From NCBI GenBank assembly GCA_029856045.1, contig JAHQWG010000050.1:29471-93470 (forward strand): a DNA stretch of 64,000 bases, written 5' to 3'. This DNA is from Promethearchaeia archaeon (GTDB lineage Archaea > Asgardarchaeota > Lokiarchaeia > Sigyniarchaeales > SOKP01). The notes beneath the pieces are model-generated. The model saw nothing but the letters and a program-made list of their open reading frames with translations, made no database searches and was not told where the DNA came from. Numbering within the stretch: the first letter of the stretch is position 1; each line of letters opens with the position of its first letter. This document shows, one piece after another, positions 20,843 through 30,366 of the stretch. A program made the position numbers and the translations under genes.

Positions 20843-21451
20843 TTGCCTGTTATGATAGAATGGATAAATTTCATTTCATTGATTCTCAGCGCACTTTTTT
20901 TTTGCTATTTTTATACATTAAGCGTCCAACCAATGAAAAGAAAGGAAAAAAGGGGTGAACAAGCGTGGAAGGATTGCAAGATTTTGCGATCTTTAGCAGG
21001 ACTTTTTGAATTCATTACTATCGTTAATATCTTGCTCTGGGTATGGTTTCCGATTCCTTCATTAAATTGGATAATACATCAAAATATTGGAGTGGGTATA
21101 GGTATATGCATTGCGATTGTTGTTCCTGGTTTTATAATTATTTTTAAAGGCATAAAAGATGCTGGTTTCGAGTCTTTACGTCCATTAGGAGAAACAGAAA
21201 TGTTTGGGGGTATATATAATTATATCCGACATCCTCAAACACTCGGAGAATTCCCAATTTTCATTGCAATTGCCTTTGCCGTCAATTCATGGTTTCTCGT
21301 ATTGTTGATGTCTGTATTAGTTGTAATATATACTCCAATTATGATTCATTATGAAGAAAAAGATCTCATAAAACGTTTTGGAGATAAATATCGTGAATAT
21401 CAACAACGGACAGGTGCTTTATTCCCAAAATTTTGGCATAAATCTGAATAG
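20843..21451 (+). CDS. isoprenylcysteine carboxyl methyltransferase/PEMT family membrane protein
   Basis: GIYNYIRHPQ, EEKDL..RFG..YREYQ motifs; transmembrane segments. Confidence 0.88.
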   Translation: MPVMIEWINFISLILSALFFCYFYTLSVQPMKRKEKRGEQAWKDCKILRSLAGLFEFITIVNILLWVWFPIPSLNWIIHQNIGVGIGICIAIVVPGFIIIFKGIKDAGFESLRPLGETEMFGGIYNYIRHPQTLGEFPIFIAIAFAVNSWFLVLLMSVLVVIYTPIMIHYEEKDLIKRFGDKYREYQQRTGALFPKFWHKSE

Positions 21452-21592
21452 ATTTTGAGTATAATGACGATTTCTTTCAATCCTTATATAATGTAATGAC
21501 AATAGTTACATCTAATAAAGTCAGATAGAAAAAACTATAAGAAAATGTAATATTTTAAAATATTTTTATAATTTATAATCAAGGATGTTATA

Positions 21593-21598
21593 TTTAAA
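21593..21598 (+). promoter_or_regulatory. putative TATA box for the Cys-leader/cysteine synthase transcript
   Basis: TTTAAA about 20-25 nt upstream of the uORF ATG at 21618, consistent with leaderless initiation. Confidence 0.5.
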
Positions 21599-21617
21599 CT
21601 CATATTTTAATAATTTA

Positions 21618-21686
21618 ATGAGATTTAGACAACAGAATCAACCAAATTCTTATTTCTGTAACTGTTGTAGGGATTGTTGTTGCTAA
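21618..21686 (+). CDS. cysteine-rich leader peptide (uORF) MRFRQQNQPNSYFCNCCRDCCC
   Basis: Read manually; 6 of the last 9 codons are Cys; ends 102 nt upstream of cysteine synthase. Confidence 0.8.
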   Translation: MRFRQQNQPNSYFCNCCRDCCC

Positions 21687-21788
21687 AAACAACACCTCAC
21701 ATATTCTCATACATCCATCATACTCCTATAATTATAACGGTATTATGGTGGCTAAATTTATTGATAATAAATCCTTGAGGTAAAAAAA

Positions 21789-22802
21789 ATGACTATATTT
21801 GCAAAGATAAGTAAAAAACTGAATGTAAGCACAAAATCTCAGTTAAGAGTTTTTGAAAGTATTGAGGAGTTGATTGCAACTCCAGAGAATCCAACCCCCT
21901 TAGTTAGATTAAGTGAAAGATTTAATCCGCATAGAAATTTCCCAATATACCTTAAATTAGAGAGATATAACCCATTCGGATCTATAAAAGATAGGATTGC
22001 CCTCTCAATGTTAGAAGGAGTTAAGATAAAAGAAGATCAATACATAATTGAACCTTCATCGGGTAATACCGGTATTGGTTTATCAGCTCTTGCTAATGCG
22101 AAGGGTATTCCAATAGAAATAGCAGTCCCTAGTAGAATCCCTGAAGAAAAGAAGATACTATTAAGGTTATTAGGAGTTAACAACTTGTGGGAAGCAGATG
22201 ATGATTTATGCCCATCATTCCCAAATGAGGGAGCAAGGGGTTTAGTGAATGGGATAATGAAAGGTAAGCGAAGAAAAAGATTTATTAATCCAAATCAATA
22301 TGAGAATCATTTAAACGTTCAAGCACATTATAGAACTACAGGTCCAGAAATTTGGGAACAAACTCAAGGCAAAATTGATTATTTTTTTGGTGCTCTCGGA
22401 ACTGGCGGTACAATAACAGGAGTCGGAAGATATTTAAAGAAAAGAAATCCTTCAGTGAAAATCATAGGTGTTGAACCAGCTAAAGCAGAGCACAATTTAC
22501 CTGGAATGAAGAGAATATCTGATCTTACAGAAGAATTGAAACCAAAAATTTTAGATTATTCTATAATAGATCAAATCTTGGAAGTTGAAGATGATGATGC
22601 GTACCTAACAGGAATCCAATTAGCAAGAAAGAATGGTATTCTTGTTGGCCCCACTACAGGTGCTTTATTATTCGTGGCAATAGAATATGCAAAAGAACAC
22701 AGTGGATTAGCCGTAGTAATTTCTCCAGATGATGCTATGAAATATATAAGTGCTTATGCACCTTATGTAAGGGAAGATGGAATTCCCAAGTTTATGAGCT
22801 AA
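21789..22802 (+). CDS. cysK: cysteine synthase (PLP-dependent, CysK/CysM family)
   Basis: KLERYNPFGSIKDR, EPSSGNTG, NQYEN, TTGPEIW and GTGGT motifs; SD TGAGGT at 21776-21781. Confidence 0.9.
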   Translation: MTIFAKISKKLNVSTKSQLRVFESIEELIATPENPTPLVRLSERFNPHRNFPIYLKLERYNPFGSIKDRIALSMLEGVKIKEDQYIIEPSSGNTGIGLSALANAKGIPIEIAVPSRIPEEKKILLRLLGVNNLWEADDDLCPSFPNEGARGLVNGIMKGKRRKRFINPNQYENHLNVQAHYRTTGPEIWEQTQGKIDYFFGALGTGGTITGVGRYLKKRNPSVKIIGVEPAKAEHNLPGMKRISDLTEELKPKILDYSIIDQILEVEDDDAYLTGIQLARKNGILVGPTTGALLFVAIEYAKEHSGLAVVISPDDAMKYISAYAPYVREDGIPKFMS

Positions 22803-23605
22803 AAATATCTTATATCCACACTTTCATCATCTATGACTTGCTTAAACTCTTGGACAATCCATGCCTTTCTTTCGTCATCTATAGCATAGACGTAATATTT
22901 TGCAGGCATTCTAGCTATAGAATAGACCTGTACTATATCAGGTTTAATTTTTTTAAATGCAAAAGCTAAATCATTTATGTTTTCTGAAGTGTTATTGTCA
23001 GTAAATTTTTCTCTATTTGAATTAAAAATTAAACACTGAATTGCTAATTTATGATCATTCGGCATTTCTCTTTTCAATTTAACGAGGGAGTCAATGATTA
23101 TATCAATATTTGGAACATCTTTATGGGGGCAATTCACTCGTCTAAAATCAATTTCATTCGCTACATCTAATTTTGCCAATACAAGATCAAAATTTTTTAT
23201 TTTTTCCCTTATTTCTTTTAAAAACAAGGTACTAGAGTTAGTAAATAACGTAAGTTGAGGATATTTCTTAGGCCAATTTTTCTCATTTCTAAGTTCTTTA
23301 GCAAGTCTTAAAAAATCTAAGATATTCTCATTTAGCGTAGGTTCTCCATTATAACCAAAAGTGATGGAATTTAAATGAGTTGTATATTTTAAAAATGAAT
23401 GCAATTCTTTTCTAAAATTTTGAGTGGGAGGATCTTTGATTCTATAATCAGGAGGGACTAAATGATCAGGTTGTGTTGATCCAATCTCACAATATACACA
23501 ATTATAAGTGCATTTTTTCATTTTTGGTAAAATATCAACACCAAGGGATGACCCTAACCTTCTAGATAGCCAGGGTCCATAGCAATACCTTCTTGTATTT
23601 CTCAT
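22799..23605 (-). CDS. radical SAM protein
   Basis: YGPWLSRRLGSSLGVD, CTYNCVYC and GEPTL motifs. Confidence 0.88.
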   Translation of the reverse strand: MRNTRRYCYGPWLSRRLGSSLGVDILPKMKKCTYNCVYCEIGSTQPDHLVPPDYRIKDPPTQNFRKELHSFLKYTTHLNSITFGYNGEPTLNENILDFLRLAKELRNEKNWPKKYPQLTLFTNSSTLFLKEIREKIKNFDLVLAKLDVANEIDFRRVNCPHKDVPNIDIIIDSLVKLKREMPNDHKLAIQCLIFNSNREKFTDNNTSENINDLAFAFKKIKPDIVQVYSIARMPAKYYVYAIDDERKAWIVQEFKQVIDDESVDIRYF

Positions 23606-23639
23606 ATTTTGAATGTATTTTTACAACTTTATTTAATTC

Positions 23640-24011
23640 TTGTTGATCCTTTCATTTTTATTTTTTTATTATAACTTAGAAGAAATTTACAAGAATTTCT
23701 TTAGAAAGGCTAGTGTCGCGTTAATAAGTATTAGCCCCATATTAATTATCTTTTATTCATATACGGCAATTCTTGGCACTAAAATTCTTATTATCGACAT
23801 ATTGAGTTTTTTTGTCGGAGTGATTATTGGTCAATTCATTAATAATAAGATTATCACATTAATTAAACTTCAAAAATGGATAAGCATTGTTTCATGGATA
23901 ATTATAATTGGATTGGGATTATCTTTAATAATATTTACTTATTTTCCACCTCATTTACCAATTTTCCAAGATTCTGGGACTTGGCTTTATGATATTTTAG
24001 TACATTCCTAA
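23640..24011 (+). CDS. membrane protein, possibly 5'-truncated
   Basis: Hydrophobic; IFYSYT..LG and FTYFPPHLPIFQD; TTG start. Confidence 0.5.
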   Translation: MLILSFLFFYYNLEEIYKNFFRKASVALISISPILIIFYSYTAILGTKILIIDILSFFVGVIIGQFINNKIITLIKLQKWISIVSWIIIIGLGLSLIIFTYFPPHLPIFQDSGTWLYDILVHS

Positions 24012-24122
24012 AAATAAATGATTTTCATTAAAAAACAAATAAATTATTTTTTACTTTATTTATTCTGTTAAATTTAAAAATAACAAATCTTTCATTTATA
24101 GTTTTAAGAATAATTAAAATAA

Positions 24123-24404
24123 TCTAAAGAAAAAGATATTATTAGTTGGAGATTAATCCTTCCCTCTAGTATTAATACAAAATGCCTAACTGAAGATCAA
24201 TTAAGAAATCTAATTTTAAAAGATCTAAACAAAGGAGAGCTTCGCCAGGCGTTTCTTGATAGGAAAATTGATATTCGTATTATTGATGACCAACCTATAA
24301 ATTTTTTAGCAGCTAGAGAGGAAATTTTAACTCAAGTTAGAAATGGGAAAGTACCAAAAGGTATTCTTAAGAAATGGCCTTTATACATTGTTGAACTTCT
24401 ATAA
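24123..24404 (+). CDS. hypothetical ORF of about 90 aa without ATG/GTG/TTG start
   Basis: Open frame ..ISWRLILPSSINTKCLTEDQLRNLILKDLNKGELRQAFLDRKIDIRII..KKWPLYIVELL*. Confidence 0.45.
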   Translation, partial: SKEKDIISWRLILPSSINTKCLTEDQLRNLILKDLNKGELRQAFLDRKIDIRIIDDQPINFLAAREEILTQVRNGKVPKGILKKWPLYIVELL

Positions 24405-24444
24405 GTAGTTAAATAAAAAAAAAAGAATAATTATACTTTAAAAT

Positions 24445-24684
24445 TTAAGTCCACACAATTAAAATCATTCCTGCAATAAGAAATCCAAAGAGATACACTA
24501 TATATTCTATAAGAAATAGTTTTAGACCTCGATTGTTGAAGATAGTCTGATTAATTCCAATAGTTCCAACAAGTCCCCCCCAAAGTAATAAACTTAACAA
24601 TAATGCAGGTCCTATTTCAGTAATCCCTATAAGAATCGTTATAATGTCAATAACAAGAACGGTGATAAAACTTATTAGGATCAT
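24445..24684 (-). pseudogene. small membrane protein fragment (DUF1761-like)
   Basis: Hydrophobic; KLFLIEYIVYLFG..IAGMIL C-terminus; appears to lack its N-terminus. Confidence 0.4.
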
Positions 24685-24945
24685 AATGATGGTTTCTTTT
24701 ACAATCTTAGATTTGGATTCACTTTCCTTTCCTACTAATTTAAGCTTGATATTCTATATGCTAATTTAATCTTTATTTATATAGATTATAAAAATTTCAG
24801 TCATTAATTGAATATTAAAATTTTACCCTAAACTCATTAAATCTAAAACTGATTATTGGAAAATTTAAATAATTTTTAAAACCATTATTTAAATTCTTTA
24901 TTTGGATAATTAATAATGTAAAATCTAAATTTAAAAATTATAAAA

Positions 24946-25761
24946 ATGGTTAAAATGAATTATAAAGAACGACAAGAAATTATTGCAAATTCCAATATTT
25001 CATCTGATTATTTACAAAAGTTTAACAGGAATATGGGAATTCTTCATTTGATACAAGGGATACTAATGCTAACTGTAGGTCTTATTTTGGAGTTCTCTAG
25101 AGATATTTATACTTTTTACTTGACTTATGAATTCACTCCTCCCGATATTTTCAATATTTATCCCAATCCTGAAGTGATATTCACAATTTCATATTTTGGA
25201 GCTATTTTAGCTTCATTCTTGTTATTGTCCGCGGTAGCCCATCTCCTTATTGCCTATCCATTAAATAAGAGATATAATGAAAATCTAAAGAAAGGATTCA
25301 ATCCTTATCGTTGGTATGAATATGCATTCTCTAGTTCGATTATGATAACTTTTATTTCGTTGCTTTTTGGTGTGTGGGATTTATGGTCTCTGGTAATGAT
25401 TTTTGTCTTAAATGCCACGATGATAATGTTCGGTTATGTAATGGAATTAGTTAATCAATATACAGAGAAATTAAATTGGAAGCCATTTATAATGGGATGT
25501 ATATCTGGAGCAATTCCTTGGATTGTGATTTTAGGATACTTTTATGGCGTAGACGCTGAAGGAATGCCTGATTTTGTATACGTAATTTTCTTTACATATT
25601 TAGTTCTATTTAATACATTTGCTATAAACATGGTTCTTCAGTATAAGGGAGTCGGTCCTTGGAAAGATTATCTTTTTGGTGAACGCGTATATATAATATT
25701 AAGTTTGGCAGCTAAATCATTGCTGGCATGGTTAGCCTTTGCAGGTATTTTACAACCATAA
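24946..25761 (+). CDS. heR: heliorhodopsin
   Basis: HLIQG, SAVAHLL, NPYRWYEYAFSSSIM (counterion Glu) and YIILSLAAKSLLAW (retinal Lys); 7 TM. Confidence 0.95.
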   Translation: MVKMNYKERQEIIANSNISSDYLQKFNRNMGILHLIQGILMLTVGLILEFSRDIYTFYLTYEFTPPDIFNIYPNPEVIFTISYFGAILASFLLLSAVAHLLIAYPLNKRYNENLKKGFNPYRWYEYAFSSSIMITFISLLFGVWDLWSLVMIFVLNATMIMFGYVMELVNQYTEKLNWKPFIMGCISGAIPWIVILGYFYGVDAEGMPDFVYVIFFTYLVLFNTFAINMVLQYKGVGPWKDYLFGERVYIILSLAAKSLLAWLAFAGILQP

Positions 25762-25823
25762 TTATTTAAATTTTTATTTTTTTTTCTTTTTTATATAAAA
25801 AAGACATTTTGGTCATGATATTT

Positions 25824-26294
25824 CTATAATGATTTGAGTCCAATTGGTTTGTTTATTAATTCAAATTTATAAATTAGTTGATCTTTTGCAGTAAAATGCT
25901 CCCATCCTTCTTTTTTATCAAATCCATGAGCTAAAAGGAAATTCTCTGAATAATTTTCCCTGGCTCGTTTGACCATTTGACTAACAACTTTCTTTTTTAG
26001 ATCATTATTTTTAACTAACTTTAACTTACCCTGCATTGAAATAAAATAATATTTACTGAGATTAGGCTTGAAGTTTTCAATTGATACGCATACATTTGGA
26101 TTTTTTGCTAGTATTTTCTTTTTTTTTCCATAATCTGTTAAATGGAAATATAAGATATTGTCGATATTAACATATTGAAAGGGAGAAATATAAGGATAAT
26201 CTTCATCAATAAATGCAATTCTACATAAATTATTAGATTCAATTGCTGAATTTATTTCAATCTCACTCATGTGTGATAATTTTATTACGCTCAT
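25824..26294 (-). CDS. pyridoxamine 5'-phosphate oxidase family (FMN-binding) protein
   Basis: CRIAF..DYPYISP, GKKKKILAKNPNVCV. Confidence 0.82.
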   Translation of the reverse strand: MSVIKLSHMSEIEINSAIESNNLCRIAFIDEDYPYISPFQYVNIDNILYFHLTDYGKKKKILAKNPNVCVSIENFKPNLSKYYFISMQGKLKLVKNNDLKKKVVSQMVKRARENYSENFLLAHGFDKKEGWEHFTAKDQLIYKFELINKPIGLKSL

Positions 26295-26323
26295 AGATAC
26301 TATTAAACAAAAATTCTATATAA

Positions 26324-27226
26324 TCATATTCTATTTCTAATGAATCTTATATCATTCACAAGATTTTTTATAGCCATTAAAGCACTTTTTTCTTTATTTT
26401 TAATTTCCAACATAATATCAAAATTGTGTTTATTTGTCATTTTTATGAATTCTTTGAAATAATTCATATTTATTTCATCAGCACGCTTAAATTTCCCCTT
26501 AACTGGGTGTTCTGAACTGTAATGTACTATTGGCAGTCCATTTTTTTCATTCCAAGTTTTAAAAGTATTTTCAATTGCTTTTTCAATTGATTCTCCTGAA
26601 TTATAGTAAAAATGATGGTAAAAATCTAAAATTATAGGTATATTTGTTGATTCATTTATTAGCAGACATTCTTTTAAATTGTAATTCTTATCATCATTTT
26701 CAATAACATAATGATTTTTTATACTTTCATTGAGTTTCCTATGTCGTTCTATAAATCTTTTAATACTATTTTTCTTATCACCATAAACTCCTCCCACATG
26801 GGTAATTACTTTCGCTTTTGAATCTAAACCCAATAAGTTTAAAACTTCAGTATGATATTTCAATTCTTTTATACTATTTTGAACCACTTTATCATTTATA
26901 GAGTTAAGAACAGTATATTGCCCTGGATGCATCGTTATTCGCATTGAGTTCTTTTTTATATACACACCAATTTCCTTAAATTTTGATTTAAAATACTCTT
27001 ACCAACCAAATTTCATGATTGGATGAGAAGCAAAAGGTATTAAATCCGAAGTAATTCGAAAAAATAAAATATTATTATTATAGTTAAATTCTAATATTTT
27101 TGCTAAGCAATTCAAATTATTTTCAATTGTTTCTATAAGTCTTTCTTCTGAATAATTTTCTAAACGGAATGTTCTACTACTTCTACAATTTAAGGTCAAA
27201 TTTATACAAGGATATCCTATTTTCAT
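26324..27226 (-). pseudogene. uvsE: UV damage endonuclease interrupted by one in-frame TAA
   Basis: MKIGYPC..FFRITSDLIPFASHP, then TAA at 26999-27001; the same frame continues into MHPGQY..HVGG..IENDD..DIMLEIKNKE. Confidence 0.9.
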
Positions 27227-27249
27227 AAAAAAAAGAGAATCATAAATTT

Positions 27250-28038
27250 TTAAATATATTGATAAAATTTTATACGTCTATCTTCAATTAAATTATTAAA
27301 TTCATTAAGATTTTTATCTCTTGCTCTATTAATATCGACATTAACAATATCTACAAACTCTTTCGCTTTTGGGGCTGAAGACAAAATTTCTCCATTATAA
27401 GAGGTTATTTGACTTGCACCTGTAAATGAGAAATTATCTAAGCCACGTTTCTCCTGACCTATTCTATTAGAAGTAATGGCAAAAACTCGATTTTCCAAAC
27501 ATCGAGTGATCATTGCTTTTTGACAATAAGGAAGCACTAAGTTTGAGGGGTGTGCAATAATATCAGCACCTAGAAGTGCGAGCGTTCTAGCAGTTTCAGG
27601 GAAAATCCAGTCAAAACAAATCATCATCCCAACTTTAAAATCATTTATCTTATAAACTTTTAACTGTTGATTTCCCGGTGAAAACCATAATTTTTCCCTG
27701 TAGTAAAGGTGAATCTTTCTGTATATACCAATTACACCAGTTTCAGAAACAATCATCGCAGAATTAAAAATTTTATTATTATCTCTTTCAATGAAACCTC
27801 CAACAATTGTTGCACCTGTAATTTTGGTCATTTTTTGTAAAAATTGAGATGTAATCCCATCTACACTTTCTGCCAGAGTTTTGGCTTCTTCCTTAGAGGT
27901 AAAGGTATAACCTGTAGCGAAAAGTTCAGGTAATACAATAAGATCCGCTTTTTTATTAACTAATAATCCCTTAACTTGTGTAAAATTTTGCTCCCTTTCA
28001 CCAAAAATTGGGGATGTTTGAACATAACCGATTTTCAT
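27250..28038 (-). CDS. nitrilase/carbon-nitrogen hydrolase family
   Basis: E-K-C triad in LPELF, YRKIHL and ICFDW. Confidence 0.92.
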   Translation of the reverse strand: MKIGYVQTSPIFGEREQNFTQVKGLLVNKKADLIVLPELFATGYTFTSKEEAKTLAESVDGITSQFLQKMTKITGATIVGGFIERDNNKIFNSAMIVSETGVIGIYRKIHLYYREKLWFSPGNQQLKVYKINDFKVGMMICFDWIFPETARTLALLGADIIAHPSNLVLPYCQKAMITRCLENRVFAITSNRIGQEKRGLDNFSFTGASQITSYNGEILSSAPKAKEFVDIVNVDINRARDKNLNEFNNLIEDRRIKFYQYI

Positions 28039-28116
28039 ATTCTCATCTCTTAATCTAAAAATTAATTATGATTTTTGATAAAATAATAATTAAATTCAAT
28101 TTTTAAAACGTTTCGA

Positions 28117-28896
28117 TTATAAAGATTCAATAAATTCTTGGATGTACTGATTTACTAGCTGGGGTTTTTCTAACATTACCATATGCCCCGCTTGTTGTAA
28201 AATATGTAATTTACTGTCTTTAATATTAGTATGGAAGTATTGACTATACTTCGAAGGGGTTAAAATATCGCTATCTCCACATAAAATTAGGCACGGGACT
28301 TGAATTAATTTCAATTCTTGCATAATATCAAAGCCATCACATATTTTAAAGTCATTGTAAATAACTTGGGGGTCGACTTTAGAGATTTGGTCTCTATAGG
28401 TATCAATAACTGATTTTGGAGCTTTCCTATGAAATGCTGTTTGACGTATATAATTCAGATATTGGTTATAATCATCTGTGAGTTGTTGGAATATAATGGA
28501 GCTAGTCCGTAATCGAGCGCCTGTAGCGCATAAAATTAAAGATTCAATATCATTAGGATTTTTTAAATAATAGGATAATATAATAGCACCCCCTAATGAA
28601 TGCCCGCATAAAATCATTTTTTCTAATTTTAAAGATTCTTTCAATTTTTCAATAACATTAACGTAAAGGTCAAGGGTAATTTCTGATATTAAAATTTTAT
28701 CAGAGTTTCCATGCGAAGGGAGATCAACCGCTATTATTTTATAATCAAGATTAAAATCATCAATTTGATTATGCCAAATGAGCGAGGTGCTCCCTGACCC
28801 ATGAATAAAAATTAATCCCTTATTTTGCGAACTTGCTGCGTTATTTTCTTTAAGCTGATAATAAATTTTTTCTCCTTTAAAATTGAGATATGGCAT
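28117..28896 (-). CDS. alpha/beta hydrolase
   Basis: FIHG, DLPSHG, GHSLGG and AGHM motifs. Confidence 0.92.
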   Translation of the reverse strand: MPYLNFKGEKIYYQLKENNAASSQNKGLIFIHGSGSTSLIWHNQIDDFNLDYKIIAVDLPSHGNSDKILISEITLDLYVNVIEKLKESLKLEKMILCGHSLGGAIILSYYLKNPNDIESLILCATGARLRTSSIIFQQLTDDYNQYLNYIRQTAFHRKAPKSVIDTYRDQISKVDPQVIYNDFKICDGFDIMQELKLIQVPCLILCGDSDILTPSKYSQYFHTNIKDSKLHILQQAGHMVMLEKPQLVNQYIQEFIESL

Positions 28897-29024
28897 AAAT
28901 ATGAAAAATAATTAATCAATAGATTTATAATATTCCTTTTTCTCATGAGAAAAAAAAGGAAGAAACGCTAACACGGAAAAATGATCTTTCGCGAATATTT
29001 ATAAATTTTGTCGATAAATGAAAT

Positions 29025-29213
29025 TTGAGGTATATCTTATTGATGAACTTTTCTTATAAGAGTAGTTCAAAAAAGGATGAGAAAGAACAACAAGTCCTAG
29101 AAGAACATCCCCATGATATATTACAAATAGGAAAAGATATAAAACGAATAGATGGTAATGAAAAAAAGAGATTACTTGCCATCCTTAAAGAAGAATTACT
29201 TAAAGAATTATGA
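29025..29213 (+). CDS. small hypothetical protein
   Basis: Short charged ORF; the internal ATG at 29043 follows GAGGT. Confidence 0.5.
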   Translation: MRYILLMNFSYKSSSKKDEKEQQVLEEHPHDILQIGKDIKRIDGNEKKRLLAILKEELLKEL

Positions 29214-29559
29214 TTCCTTTATTTTTGTAAAATTCCTTCATCCGAAATTAATTAAAGTTACATTAAATACTGTAATTACTAAAAAACTAAAGTAGATTGA
29301 ATTATTTTAGATTCTGGTTGAAAAAAAGCACACATCTTCCACATAAGGGGTAATAATATTTGGGGTAAAGGTAAAGAATAACCTACCGAAATGAAAAGCA
29401 ATTAGACGAAGAAGAGATAAAAGATTACCTCCATAATATTACTCAAATAGGAAAGAACACCAAATATGCAGAGAGGGATGATAAAGATAAATTATTCGCC
29501 CTCTTAAAGTAAGAATTTCTGTAAATTTATACTAATTCTCTTTTATATTACTTTTTTAC

Positions 29560-30360
29560 TTAACTTATTTCCATTTTATTAAATGATCTTGCTCCAATTA
29601 ATATTAAAATCGCTCCAAATAGTACCATCACTATTAGATCAAGCCAAAATGGAAAGTACGATACTCCGAGTAACACTAATCTAAATAGATCCACGCTATA
29701 AGTAAAAGGGTTACACATCATTATTACCTGCATAGGAAGTGGTACTGAATTGAAAGCGAATAAAGCCCCCGATAACCAGAACATAGGCATCACGATAAAT
29801 GTTTGGATTAGTCCAAAAGACTGCATATCGCTCAGACGAGTGCTGATAGTTAACCCCACTCCAACAATTCCAATACTTGCCAATAAAGCGACGGGTAAGA
29901 CCAACATTACACGCCAAATTAAATTAAGGTCATATCCGTAATATCCAAAAACGATACTTAGACCAATCATTATTAAAACTTGCACCAAGGTTTGTAAAGC
30001 TACTCCTAAAGTTCTTCCAAACATTAGCGTATTCCGACTAACAGGTGCAACCATTAATTCTTTCATGAACCCAAACATTTTATCGCGAAAGATTGACATA
30101 CCTCCGAAGATTCCCGTAAATAAAATAACTATTGCTGCAATACCTGAAGCAGTAAAAGCTCTTGGATCAATAGATGTCCCATCTATAGTTATTGAAAGGG
30201 ATGAAAATCCTCCCGCAAATACAAATAAAAAGAGTATTCCCTGAGCTATTGATGAGATAACCCTTGATTTATTTCTCCAGAATCCCAATAACTCCCTTTT
30301 CGCCAGTGCCCATATCGCATTATAATTTATTTTGGTTTTGGTAATATTTAATTCTGACAT
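29560..30360 (-). CDS. ABC-2 type permease
   Basis: Six TM; GFMKELMVAPVSR, LSGALF and NPFTY motifs. Confidence 0.92.
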   Translation of the reverse strand: MSELNITKTKINYNAIWALAKRELLGFWRNKSRVISSIAQGILFLFVFAGGFSSLSITIDGTSIDPRAFTASGIAAIVILFTGIFGGMSIFRDKMFGFMKELMVAPVSRNTLMFGRTLGVALQTLVQVLIMIGLSIVFGYYGYDLNLIWRVMLVLPVALLASIGIVGVGLTISTRLSDMQSFGLIQTFIVMPMFWLSGALFAFNSVPLPMQVIMMCNPFTYSVDLFRLVLLGVSYFPFWLDLIVMVLFGAILILIGARSFNKMEIS

Positions 30361-30366
30361 TTATTA

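Noticed and set aside
21614-21710. Minus-strand 31-aa ORF (MRICEVLF...)
   Set aside because: Antisense to the Cys leader, with no supporting composition or context.
29214-29559. Possible decayed membrane-protein gene on the minus strand
   Set aside because: Only short broken hydrophobic frames; not assignable.
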